DNA of 64,000 nt from Dehalococcoidia bacterium (lineage in GTDB: Bacteria > Chloroflexota > Dehalococcoidia > UBA2979). This document shows, in pieces, positions 20,085 through 30,268 of this stretch (positions within the stretch are counted from its first letter, which is position 1; every line of letters begins with the position of its first letter). The stretch covers positions 3,241,962 through 3,305,961 of the forward strand of contig OZ244720.1 in the NCBI GenBank assembly GCA_965219085.1. The letters run 5' to 3'. The notes under the pieces are model-generated. The model ran no database searches. It saw only the letters and a list, made by a program, of their open reading frames with translations, and had not been told where the DNA came from. A program made the position numbers and the translations under genes.

Positions 20085-20564
20085 CTACTCGATGACGAGC
20101 ACGCCCTCCATGCCGACCTGGCGGTGGCCGGCGACGCTGCACCAGAACGCGATCGTGCCCGACTCGGGAACGCGCAGCAGGAGCGTCTCCGACTCGCCCC
20201 GCTTCAGCAGCACGTGCACGTCGTAGCGTTCGTCGCCGAGCCCGATCTCCGAGGCGTCACCGGCGAACTCCTCGATCGTGAAGTCGTGCTCGATCACGCC
20301 CCTGTTCCTGAACTCGATGGCGAAGACCGAGCCGGCGGGTGCGCGCAACTCCTCGGCGCCGTACGCGATGTCGCGCATCTCCAGCTTGAGCGTGACCACG
20401 GGCGCCTCGCCGCCGAGCATCTCGACGGGCGTTGGCGTTGCGGTCGGCGTCGGCGTCCCATCCGGGTTGCCGTTGCCGCTGGGGCACCCGGCGAGGGCCG
20501 CCGCGAGCACGATTAGGGCCCCCGTCAGCGCCGAGGCCCGCACCATCCTTCGCAGCAATCGCAT
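20085..20564 (-). CDS. Cupredoxin-domain lipoprotein
   Basis: Lipobox LAGC, PT linker, HDF and CSVAGHRQVGM type-1 copper ligands. Confidence 0.85.
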   Translation of the reverse strand: MRLLRRMVRASALTGALIVLAAALAGCPSGNGNPDGTPTPTATPTPVEMLGGEAPVVTLKLEMRDIAYGAEELRAPAGSVFAIEFRNRGVIEHDFTIEEFAGDASEIGLGDERYDVHVLLKRGESETLLLRVPESGTIAFWCSVAGHRQVGMEGVLVIE

Positions 20565-20775
20565 GCCCGCTCCTACCGTTGCACTGGACTCCGCGCGTCG
20601 CGCCTCAAGTGTCCGTGCGTCGTTGGTTGAGCGGAAGCCGGGCGCATGCGACCGGCACGGACATGGCGAGGCACCTGCTGGACGAATCCTGCCATAACCT
20701 GCCTCCGTTATGTGCACTAGACTGGTGGTTACGTCTGGGTGCACCCTGTTATGGTATTCGCGGGTGAAGACCTAC

Positions 20776-20813
20776 GCGGGGTCGGCCGGGTGAGTGGCGC
20801 CGGCCGACCCCGC
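20776..20813. terminator. Perfect 14-bp inverted repeat
   Basis: GCGGGGTCGGCCGG / CCGGCCGACCCCGC with a 10-nt loop. Confidence 0.5.
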
Positions 20814-21155
20814 CTGTTCATGGCCTCGACGGCGAAGACGCGGCGGTGGCTCAAGTCGTTCCACGACGTGCGGCCGCTACGGCACGCGAAGATCCTGACG
20901 AGCGTACGCCTGCTCGGCGAACCTACAGCGGAGCAGAACCGTGATGTGGCTGCAGGCCAGGCCTGCCGGCGTGCCTGCACGAGTTCCTGGACGAGCTCGC
21001 AATCCTGATCCATCGCTTCGTACAGCGCCTCACGATCGGAGAGATCGACGAGTTCCCGCCCGCCGTTCCAGGACGGCAGTGGCCGGAGGGCGCGCGTTCG
21101 ACGATTGTCGCGAGATTCCATACCGAACAGCGTACCCGACGCCGCGCCGGACGCA

Positions 21156-22125
21156 TCAGACCGAATCGACGAAGGGCTGGACCGCTTCGATCAAGCCGGG
21201 CGTGTTCTGCCCATGAACGTTATGTCCGCAGTCCGGCACCGTTACGAGCCGGCCCCGAGGTAGCGCCCCGACGAAGCGCTCCGCCCCCTCGACCGTCAGC
21301 ACGTTCGAGTCGCCGCCGCGCACGACCAGCGCCGGCAGGTCGAACGCACGCACGGCGTCGAGGTCCGGTGCGCCCTCGATGCGGCCGTCCTCGCTGCGCT
21401 CGGCGCCCTCGCGGCGGAAGTCCGGGCTGTGTAGCAGCCGGTCGGACTTCGAGACGTACTTGCCGTCGGAGCGTTGCAGGAGGTTGTAGCGCACAGTGCG
21501 CGTGATGTGCTCGCGGCTGCGGTACGGGTCGTACGCCGTCACGCGCTCGATGAACGCGTCGAGGTCGTCGAACTCGACGTTCTGCTGCACGAACGCGCGG
21601 ATCACGTCGGCGCCCTCGCCCGAGACCTCGGGTCCCACGTCGACGAAGACCGCCGGCGCGCGCGGCGGCCGGACGCTTGGCGAGCAGCGTCATCGTGACC
21701 ATCCCGCCCATCGAGTGGCCGATCACGAGTGGGTGCTCGAGGTCCTGTTGGTCGATGAACGCGAGGGCGTCGGTCGCCATCGCCTGCACCGAGTAGTTGG
21801 CGTCGCGCGCCCACTCGCTGTCGCCGTGGCCGCGCTGGTCGAGCGCGAGCACGCGGTAGCGGTCGGCGAGGTGGAGGCTGACGAGGTCCCACGAGTGGGC
21901 GGTCTGGTTGCCGCCGTGCAGCAGCACGATCGGCGGCGCGTCGGGCTCGCCCCACTCGAGGAAGTGGAAGCGCTGTCGCCTGAGCACCGTGTTGCGGGAG
22001 AAATGACGAACCTCGGGATCATGGGAGATCCCGAGGTCCGATGCGCTTTCCAGGAGGGACTGCAGCTCGGGCGACGCGCTCAAGTCCAGCGGATCGAGAT
22101 CCGCGGCGAACTCGCTGAGGTACAT
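21156..22125 (-). pseudogene. Alpha/beta hydrolase, frameshifted near 21655 (or sequencing indel)
   Basis: LLHGG, DQRGHGDS and GHSMGG in ORF 21220-22125; VFVDVGPE...GHNVH continues in ORF 21156-21638. Confidence 0.8.
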
Positions 22126-22155
22126 CGCGCCGCCCGGGCCGCGCCGGACGAGGGC

Positions 22156-24456
22156 TTAGCCGTCCGGGTGCAGCTCGTCGAGGATCACGCCCGGGCTCGC
22201 CGGCAGGTGGTTCATGCGCGCACCCACGGCGTCCTTGATGGCGTTCGCGACCGCCGCCAGTGGCGGGATGATCGGCACCTCGCCAACCCCGCGCACGCCG
22301 TACGGGTGACCGGGGTTCGCCTTCTCGACGAGGATAATATCGATCATCGGAACGTCGAGCGCGGTCGGCATGCGGTAGTCGAGCAGGCTCGAGTTCTCCA
22401 TGCGGCCGGTCTCGTCGAACACGTACTCCTCGGTCAGCGCCATGCCGATACCCTGGGCGACGCCGCCCTGGATCTGGCTCTCGACGTACGAGGGGTGCAC
22501 CGCCGTGCCGACGTCCTGCACCGCCGTGTAGCGGAGGATGTCGACCTTGCCGGTCTCGGGGTCCACCTCGACGTCGACGATGTTGCCGGCGAAGGCCGGG
22601 CCGACGGTCGTCGGCTTGGCGCTCGCCTTGCCCTGCACGAGCCCGCCGGTGGCGGACAGCTGTGCGGCAATCTCCTTGAAGGTGAACGTGCGCTCGTTGC
22701 CGTCCTCGTCGGCGGGGCCACGGAGGACGGCGTCGTCGCCGTAGGTCACGTCGTCGCGGTCGACCTCCCAGATCATCGCAGCACGCTCTTCGAGTTGCGC
22801 GCGGATGTCGAGCGCTGCGTCATGCACGGCCCAGCCCGTGGCGAAGGTCGTGCGGCTGCCGCCGGTCGTGCCGGTCCAGCCGATCGAGTCGGTGTCGACG
22901 ATGGTCGGCTTCACGTCCTCGTACGGGATGCCGAGCGATTCGGCGTGCGTCATCGCCATCGCGGCGCGCTGGCCGCCGATGTCGACCGAGCCGAGCACCA
23001 GGCTGACGGTGCCGTCGGCGTTGACGTTCGCGTAGGCGGCGGACTCGTTGCCGCCGTTGAACCAGAAGCCCATGGCGACGCCGCGACCGCGGTTCTCGCC
23101 CGACAGCTCGGAGCGGTAGTGGTCGCTCTGCTGGATCGCCTCGATCACCTCGATGTTGCCGACGACGCCGAAGGCGGCGCCGTCGACGCGGCGTGTGCCC
23201 TCAGTCGAGGCGTTCTGGAGCCGCAGCTCCATCGGATCCCTATCGAGGCGCTCGGCGAGCTCGTCGACGAGCGACTCGACGGCGAACTCAGACGCCGGAG
23301 CGCCGGGCGCGCGGTAGGCGGCGACCTGTGGCTTGTTGAGCACCACATCCCACGCCTCGACGCGCTGGTTGGGCACGTTGTAGGGGCCGAACGCGCAGCG
23401 CGCGCCGGCGACGTAGGGGGAGCCGGGGTAGGCGCCGGCCTCGTAGGCGAAGCTGCCCTCGATGGCGACGATGGTGCCGTCGGACTTCGCGCCGATGCGG
23501 GCGCGCGAGTACGTACCGGAGGTGGGGCCGCTGGCCTCCATCACCTCGGTGCGGGTCATGTTGACCTTGACCGGGCGGTTCGTCTTCTGCGAAAGCAGCG
23601 CGGCGACAGGCTCCAGGTAGAGCTTGGTCTTGCCGCCGAAGCCGCCGCCGATCTCGGTCGGGATGACCTTGATGCGCGACACCGGCAGTTCGAGCATGTC
23701 GGCCATCAGGTCGCGGATGCCGAAGGCGCCCTGCGTGGTGGTCCAGACGATCAGCTCGCCGTCGCGGTTCCACAGCGCGGTCGAGACGTGCGGCTCGATG
23801 TAGCCCTGGTGGGCCATCGTCGTGCTGAACTCGTCCTCGACGATGATGTCGGCCTCGGCGAAACCCGCCTCGACGTCGCCGATCGCGAGCTCGAGGTGCT
23901 TCGCGACGTTGGTGGGCCGCTCCATGGTGGTCTCACCGGCCGCGCCCATGACCGGCGTGATCAGCTCCTCGGTGCGCATGTCGTCGTGCAGCACCGGGGC
24001 CGCCTCGGTCATCGCCTCCTGCACGTCGAGCACCGTCGGCAGCTCCTCGTACTCGATCTCGATGAGGTCGAGGGCGTCCTCGGCGATGTGCTGGTCGGTG
24101 GCGCACACGGCGGCGACGGGGTGGCCCTGGTAGAGCACCTTGTCGATCGCGATGATGGCGCCACGGATCCACTTCAGCGGCGTGAGCCCCCGGATCGTCG
24201 GGACGATGCGCTCGCCGGGGTCGGGCAGGTCCTTGCCCGTGACCACCGCGAGCACGCCCGGCAGCGCCTCGGCCTTCGAGGTGTCGATGCTCAGAATGTT
24301 CCCGTGGGCGATCGGGCTGCGCTTCATGCGCCCGAACGCCATGCGCGGGAGGTTGACGTCCGCGCCGTACTCGGCGCGGCCCGTGACCTTGTCGGCGCCG
24401 TCCGGGCGGACGGGGCGGGTGCCGATGACCCGATACGGCTTGTCGGTAGCGACCAT
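22156..24456 (-). CDS. Xanthine dehydrogenase/aldehyde oxidase family molybdopterin-binding subunit
   Basis: KVTGRAEYGAD, GGGFGGK, AYRAPG, GGSRTT, QIQGGVAQGIG, RGVGE. Confidence 0.93.
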   Translation of the reverse strand: MVATDKPYRVIGTRPVRPDGADKVTGRAEYGADVNLPRMAFGRMKRSPIAHGNILSIDTSKAEALPGVLAVVTGKDLPDPGERIVPTIRGLTPLKWIRGAIIAIDKVLYQGHPVAAVCATDQHIAEDALDLIEIEYEELPTVLDVQEAMTEAAPVLHDDMRTEELITPVMGAAGETTMERPTNVAKHLELAIGDVEAGFAEADIIVEDEFSTTMAHQGYIEPHVSTALWNRDGELIVWTTTQGAFGIRDLMADMLELPVSRIKVIPTEIGGGFGGKTKLYLEPVAALLSQKTNRPVKVNMTRTEVMEASGPTSGTYSRARIGAKSDGTIVAIEGSFAYEAGAYPGSPYVAGARCAFGPYNVPNQRVEAWDVVLNKPQVAAYRAPGAPASEFAVESLVDELAERLDRDPMELRLQNASTEGTRRVDGAAFGVVGNIEVIEAIQQSDHYRSELSGENRGRGVAMGFWFNGGNESAAYANVNADGTVSLVLGSVDIGGQRAAMAMTHAESLGIPYEDVKPTIVDTDSIGWTGTTGGSRTTFATGWAVHDAALDIRAQLEERAAMIWEVDRDDVTYGDDAVLRGPADEDGNERTFTFKEIAAQLSATGGLVQGKASAKPTTVGPAFAGNIVDVEVDPETGKVDILRYTAVQDVGTAVHPSYVESQIQGGVAQGIGMALTEEYVFDETGRMENSSLLDYRMPTALDVPMIDIILVEKANPGHPYGVRGVGEVPIIPPLAAVANAIKDAVGARMNHLPASPGVILDELHPDG

Positions 24457-24534
24457 GCCGGTGATCTCCTTCGCGTATGCTTGCGTTGTTGCGGCATTGT
24501 AGCGGAAACGTCCGCTACCGCCGTGACGACCTCG

Positions 24535-26259
24535 TTAACTCCCCTGCGGCAGCACCCACACCAGCAGCGCCGAGGGGTGACCGGCGTCGTGCAGCACCTG
24601 CTGCACAGCGGGACGCGTCTCCACCGCGCTCCAGCCTGGCTCGCCCGTGTTCGGGTTCGCGTCGAAGCGCGGGAAGTTCGAGCTCGACACCTCGACGCGC
24701 AGTTGGTGCCCCGCCGCGAAGCGGTGGGCGACGCTCGACAGCTCGATCTCGTAGCGCGCGGGCTCACCCGGCGTGACCGGCGAGGGTTCGGCCAGCGAGT
24801 CACGGAAGCTCGCGCGACGGATGCCGTCGCAGAGCCCGAGCGCGCGCCCGTCAGGCGACACGTCGACGAGCTTCGCGGTCCAGTCCGTGTCGGGCGCGTC
24901 GGTGACTGCCCAGACCTCGGCGACGACGGGGCCCGCGACGTCCAGCGGCTCGCGCAGCGGCTCGCTCGTGTAGCACAGCACGTCGTCGCGCATCTCGACG
25001 ACGCGCTGGTCGCGCGGGCCCGGCTGCCCGACGGGGAGTTGGAGCAGGCAGCCGCCCTCGGTCGGCACGGGGCGCTCCGGGTCGTACACGTAGCGGTCGG
25101 CGGGCTCGCCGGCGTCGGGCGCGGCCTCGGTCAGCTCGCCGTCGCCGCGCACGCTGTTGGCCGCACCGCCCGAGCGCAGGTGCAGGCGCAGCTCGGTCGC
25201 GTCCGGGGGTGGCCACGCGTCGGCGTCGCGCCACTCGTTGGCGCCCATCAGGAAATAGCGCACGACGGGATCGTGCGCGGGCGCGTCGACGCCCATCAGG
25301 TGCTCGTCGAAGAAGCGCTTGTACGCCTCGACCACGCCCGAGAAGAGCGCCGGGCCGGTCGGCCCGAAGTCGACCTCGCCGTGGTAACGCTCGTACGAGG
25401 TGTGCGACCACGGCCCCATCCACAGTCGTTGCGGCGTCTTGCCGAGCTCGTGCAGACCGACGAAGTTGCGGATCGTGCCGATGGCGAACAGGTCGAACCA
25501 CCCGCCGACGTGCATGACCGGCACGTCGAAGTCCGCGTAGTCGCGCGACAGCCGGAGGCCGTCCCAGAACTCGTCCAGGGTGTCGTGCTCGAGCCACTCG
25601 GCCCACCACGGCGCGACGCCGGGCTCCGACAGCCCGGGCATCTCGACGAGCGGGCGGTGAGCCATCGCCGCGCCCGGATTGGCGGCAGCCGCCATGAGCC
25701 CCGCGCGCTCCTCGTCGCCGATGCCGTGGTCGGCGCGCAGCAGCTGCGCGGCGGCGAGCCCGAGGCCCCAGGAGGCGCTGAAGCCGAGCTGGAACGCGCC
25801 GCCGTAGTGCGTCCAGTCGTCGTAGTAGTCGCTCGCGGTGATGATCGAGACGGCGCAGCGCAGCGACGGCGGACGCTCGCGCGTCGCCAGCATCGTCGTC
25901 GCGCCGAAGTAGGAGGCGCCGAAGATGCCGACGTCGCCGTTGCAGAAGTCCTGCGCGGCGAGCCACTCGACGGTGTCGTAGCCGTCGGCGCCCTCGTCCA
26001 CGAAGGGGTGGAACTCGCCCTGCGAGGAGAAGCGACCGCGCGTGTCGGTCACGAGCACGGCGTAGCCGCCCTCGGCGAGCTTGAGCGGGAGCGGCATCGA
26101 GCGCAGGCCGCCGTAGCCCTCCTTGTCGTAGGGCGTGCGGCTGACGATGCCCGGCGCCGGCGCGCCGCCGGCGGGCCGGTAGAGGTCGCCGTAGGTCTCG
26201 ACGCCGTCGCGCATCGGTACGGTCACGTTCTTCTCGACGAGTACGTTGGCGGGCGCCAT
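24535..26259 (-). CDS. CocE/NonD family serine hydrolase
   Basis: VPMRDGV, RTPYDK, DTRGRFSSQG, GASY nucleophile, GGWFD, GPWSH, SSSNFPRF. Confidence 0.93.
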   Translation of the reverse strand: MAPANVLVEKNVTVPMRDGVETYGDLYRPAGGAPAPGIVSRTPYDKEGYGGLRSMPLPLKLAEGGYAVLVTDTRGRFSSQGEFHPFVDEGADGYDTVEWLAAQDFCNGDVGIFGASYFGATTMLATRERPPSLRCAVSIITASDYYDDWTHYGGAFQLGFSASWGLGLAAAQLLRADHGIGDEERAGLMAAAANPGAAMAHRPLVEMPGLSEPGVAPWWAEWLEHDTLDEFWDGLRLSRDYADFDVPVMHVGGWFDLFAIGTIRNFVGLHELGKTPQRLWMGPWSHTSYERYHGEVDFGPTGPALFSGVVEAYKRFFDEHLMGVDAPAHDPVVRYFLMGANEWRDADAWPPPDATELRLHLRSGGAANSVRGDGELTEAAPDAGEPADRYVYDPERPVPTEGGCLLQLPVGQPGPRDQRVVEMRDDVLCYTSEPLREPLDVAGPVVAEVWAVTDAPDTDWTAKLVDVSPDGRALGLCDGIRRASFRDSLAEPSPVTPGEPARYEIELSSVAHRFAAGHQLRVEVSSSNFPRFDANPNTGEPGWSAVETRPAVQQVLHDAGHPSALLVWVLPQGS

Positions 26260-26435
26260 CGCGGCCTCCGTTCGGTGGTGCTGTCCCGGGTGGCGCGGGG
26301 AGCATAGCGCGCCGCCTCGGCGGCCACATTGCCGGGCCGCCGCGTTGCCAGGGGGCCGCGTTGCCGGGCCCCGCGTTGCTGGTGGGACAGGCGCTGGGGT
26401 AGCGTGCGCGCGAACAGCACCAAAGGAGCGTCGAG

Positions 26436-27215
26436 ATGGCCTACGAAGCAGAGTTCGTCAACTACAGCGTGGAGGGCCACGTCGCGACGATCGCGATGAA
26501 CCGCCCCGAGCGGCTCAACGCCTACGGCGCGCAGCTGCGCGAGGACATGACCGGCGCGTGGGCGGAGGCGGTTGCCGACGACGACGTGCGGGTCATCATC
26601 CTCACCGGCGAGGGGCGCATCTTCTGCGCGGGCCGCGACATCCGCGAGCAGGCCGAGCGCGGCGGCGCCGCGCCAGCGCCGGCGGCGCCCGGGAACCTCA
26701 ACTACTTCGGCGTGCCGGACACGGACAAGCCGATCATCGCCGCCGTGCGCGGCGGCGCGTGGGGCCAGGGCTGGTTCATGGCCTGCGGCTCCGACATCGT
26801 GATCGCGGCCGACGACGCGCGCTTCGCGATGTCCGAGGTGCCGACGGGCATCATCGGTCCGGCGTTCATCCCGCTGAAGATGAACATCCCGTGGCTGGTC
26901 GGCTCGGAGATCGTCCTGCGGGGCCACCAGATCTCCGCGCAGAGCGCCTACGACGCCGGACTCCTCAACCACGTGGTGCCGAGCGACCAGGTGATGACGC
27001 TGGCGCGCGAGATCGCGCAGGAGATCGCCGCCCTGCCGCCCCGGCACGTCCAGGTCACGAAGCGCCAGCTCGCGATGGCGCGGCCCGAGCCCTCGCACTA
27101 CCAGTCCGAGGTCGCGTTCGGGCAGGGCCGTGACGAGCTCATGGCCCTCGACGACACGCGCGAGGCGGCGCAGGCGTTCGCCGAGAAGCGCACCCCGGTC
27201 TTCCAGGGCCGGTAG
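26436..27215 (+). CDS. Enoyl-CoA hydratase/isomerase family protein
   Basis: MNRPERLNA, FCAGRD, AFAEKRTPVFQGR. Confidence 0.92.
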   Translation: MAYEAEFVNYSVEGHVATIAMNRPERLNAYGAQLREDMTGAWAEAVADDDVRVIILTGEGRIFCAGRDIREQAERGGAAPAPAAPGNLNYFGVPDTDKPIIAAVRGGAWGQGWFMACGSDIVIAADDARFAMSEVPTGIIGPAFIPLKMNIPWLVGSEIVLRGHQISAQSAYDAGLLNHVVPSDQVMTLAREIAQEIAALPPRHVQVTKRQLAMARPEPSHYQSEVAFGQGRDELMALDDTREAAQAFAEKRTPVFQGR

Positions 27216-27244
27216 CCGCGACGCGCCACGGGACGCCTCGCCGG

Positions 27245-29115
27245 TCAGTAATACCGGAACGCGTGGCCGAAATGCGCGATGTCGCCCCAGCACACGACAT
27301 CGCCATCGACGGCGATGCCGCACGTGCGGGATTCGCTGGCGCTGATCGAGATGTAGCGGGCGGGCGGCGGCTCGGTCTGGCCGGCGTCCCACCCCGCCGG
27401 TGAGCCCCAGCACACAGCCTCGCCCTCCACGGTGACGGCGCACACGTAGCCCCAGCCGGTGTCGATGGCGCTGTATCGGCCGGGGGGCACGTCGAGTTGT
27501 CCGTCGCTGTTATCGCCCAGCACATTGCCTCGCCGGCTTCGGTCAGTGCGCAGGTCGTCCGGTAGCCGGCGCTGATCGCGGCAAAGCGACCCGGAGGCGG
27601 GTCGTTCTGGCCGTAAGCGTCAGACGTCCGGGGGCGCCCCCAGCAGACTGCATCCCCGTCTTCGGTGAGCGCGCAGGTGTGTTGCCAGCCCGCGCTGATG
27701 GCCGCGTAGTGACCTGCGGGAGGATCCGCCTGGTCCTGACGGATTCCTCCCCAGCAGACAGCTTCGCCTTCGAGCGAGAGGGCACAGGTATGGAGCGGCC
27801 CGACGCTCATCGCTGCATACTGCCCCGGTGGAGCGTCGGTCTGGCCCGACCGGCCAGCTCCCCAGCAGACAGCCTCACCCGTTTGGGTCAAGGCGCACGT
27901 GTGCTCATCCCCCACGCCGATCGCGGTGTAGGAGCCCCGCGGAGCCTCTGACTGACCGGCGAAGTTCGATCCCCAGCAGCCGACCCGTCCGTCCTCCCCG
28001 AGCGCACACGTATGAGACGCCCCGTCACTGACGTCGCGGTAACGCCCCGACACTAGTTCCCCGGCGAAAGGGCGCACCTTGCCGACCGGTCGCCAGCACT
28101 CCGCCTCACCGGCCTCTGACAAGGCGCACGCAAAGGAGTCTCCTACACTGATGGCCTTGTAGCGATCGGAGCCTGAGCCGGGCCGCCGAAGTTCCGTGTC
28201 GAGGCCACCCCAGCACTCGATCGCACCATCCTCCGTAAGTGCGCACCCGTAGGGCCCAGACACATCGAGGGCGACGTACGTCTCGCTGGCCAGTCGGGCG
28301 GAGAGCCCACCGCCCTCCCCTACGTCGAGGCACTCGATGGCGCCGTCTGCCGTGAGTGCGCAGATGTGGGACATCGACCTCCCCCCGGAGCTGCCGTGGG
28401 CGACGCTGACCGTCGTATACACATCCGGAGGGAAGGCCGCGGAGGTATACGCACCCGAAGCGAAGGCGGGGTAGCCGTCGATGCCGCCATACCCTTCCCA
28501 ACAGACGACGGATCGCTCAACAGTGAGCCCGCACCCGTGGACCCGACTGACATCGATGGCGGCCCACGCCCCCGGGGGCGCAATCGCGATCTCGGAACCA
28601 ACCTCGTCCCAGCAGAAGGCCTCGCCGGCGCGACTCACGGCGCAGCCACCCCAGTTGCTCACGGCAATCGAGACAAAGTGCTCCTCTGGTGCATCGGACG
28701 GCGTGCTACCTGAGCCCCAGCAGACGATCTCGCCGCCCTCGGAGAGCGCGCACGTGGTCAGAGTTCCGCCGGCATCGATGGCCGTATAGCGCCCAGGTGG
28801 CGCGCCTCTCTGCCCGTACCAGTTGCCGCCGCCCCAGCACACCACCTCAGCGTCCTCGGTGATCGCGCAGGCGTGGTCCCAGCCGTGGCTGATCGTCGTG
28901 TAGCGGCCGGGCGGCTCGTCGAGCGTCACCCACTGCATCGGTGTCCCAGTGGGGATGGGCGTCGCGGTCGGGGTCTGCATGCTTGCCGCGGCGGGCGAAG
29001 CCTCGGCCGTCGCTGCGGGAGTCGTGGCTGGTGGTGTGTCCTCCGCGCGCTCGCACGCGAGGCCTGCGAGCGCCAGGACCATCGCCGTAGCCAGCGCCAC
29101 CGCCCGTGCGCGCAT
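27245..29115 (-). CDS. Secreted RCC1/BLIP-II repeat lipoprotein, frameshift near 27517
   Basis: Lipobox-like AGLAC, PT linker, many repeats PPGRY.AIS.G..HTCAL...GEAVCWG. The last two repeats are in ORF 27245-27523; adding one G to TGGGCG restores CWGDN. Confidence 0.85.
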
Positions 29116-29210
29116 CCGCACCACCCTCACCCCGCCACGCGCCGACGCCGATGCTACAGTCGCGGCAACATCGCGCGCTCGGTGACAGTACGCGTGAGGA
29201 CGCCGGACGG

Positions 29211-30056
29211 ATGCCGCCACTTGATCCTCGATCGACCTTCGGCGCCCCGCCCGCTGTACGCGCTCCGGGCCCGCTGCGCCGCGCCGCCCGCCGCTGGCTG
29301 CCGCGGCGCCTGCGTGCCGAGGTCGCGATCGCCCGCCGGCATCTGCGCGACCGTCGCGGCCGCGACGCGTTCGCCACGCGCCGCGGCGACCCCTCGGCCT
29401 TCCCGCATCGCTTCGAGGGCTACGCGTTGCCGATGATCATCTACCCCGGCCAGGAGCACCTCGCCCAGGGCAAGCGCCACAACCAGCGCTTGCTGGCCCA
29501 GGCGCTGGACGGCGTGCGCGTCGAGCCGGGCGAGGTGCTGTCGCTGTGGCGCTGCGCGGGGCGGCCGAGCGCGCGCCGCGGCTACCTGCCCGGCGCGGCC
29601 ATCGTCGCCGGCGAGCTCACCAGCGAGGACGGCGGCGCCACCTGCCAGCTCTCGACCGTGCTCTACAACGCCGGCCTGCTCGCCGGCCTCGACGTCGTCG
29701 AGCGCCACGCCCACTCGGTCGACGTGTACGGCGAGGCGCGCTACTTCGAGCCGGGGCGCGACGCGACCATCGAGTACGGCGTGCTCGACGTGCGCTTCCG
29801 CAACCCCCACCCGTTCGCCGTGCTGCTCGAGCTCAGGGCCGACGACGACCGCGTCGCCGCCGCGTTCCGTGCGCCGGTCGGCGACCTCCCGGCCGTCGCG
29901 ATTACGGCGGAGCGGTTGCCTGTCGACGGGGGTGCGTGGCGGGCGCGCACGTTGCGCACGATCACCCCACCAGGCACCCCACCAGGCACCCCGCCGGGCA
30001 GCGAGTCACGCCGCGAGGACCTCGGCTGGTCGGTCTACCGCGCAGGCGACAGCTAG
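29211..30056 (+). CDS. VanW-family protein
   Basis: LDGVRVEPGEVLS, GGATCQLSTVLYNA, VERHAHS, DATIEYGVLDVRFRN; start uncertain. Confidence 0.85.
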   Translation: MPPLDPRSTFGAPPAVRAPGPLRRAARRWLPRRLRAEVAIARRHLRDRRGRDAFATRRGDPSAFPHRFEGYALPMIIYPGQEHLAQGKRHNQRLLAQALDGVRVEPGEVLSLWRCAGRPSARRGYLPGAAIVAGELTSEDGGATCQLSTVLYNAGLLAGLDVVERHAHSVDVYGEARYFEPGRDATIEYGVLDVRFRNPHPFAVLLELRADDDRVAAAFRAPVGDLPAVAITAERLPVDGGAWRARTLRTITPPGTPPGTPPGSESRREDLGWSVYRAGDS

Positions 30057-30268
30057 AGTCGCACTTCAGCGACGGCGTACGGGCCCAGGCTGCCCCTGAG
30101 CGTCCGGGCCGCTACAATCGCCCCGGCGCCGCACGGTGCGGCGCCGCAATCGACCCGCCCGTCCCGGGCCTTTCTGTGCGTCCCGCCCCGCGGCGGATGC
30201 CCCACATCCACGGAGATGGCGGGGTACGCCCCGCGGCCGCGGAGGCGCGGCCGCACGAGGTAACAACG

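Noticed and set aside
22156-24456. Aerobic CO dehydrogenase CoxL
   Set aside because: The active-site loop is AYRAPG, not AYXCSFR (form I), and coxM/coxS are absent.
21496-26307. 1603-aa plus-strand ORF and similar long ORFs (54320-57709, 40546-43359, 30053-31852)
   Set aside because: Shadow ORFs antisense to well-supported genes, expected in high-GC DNA, with no recognisable motifs.
29964-30000. 12-bp tandem repeat (TPPG x3) in the VanW C-terminus
   Set aside because: In-frame low-complexity linker, likely neutral slippage.
29211-30056. Vancomycin resistance locus
   Set aside because: A lone VanW-domain gene without vanHAX or vanRS; VanW homologs are widespread.
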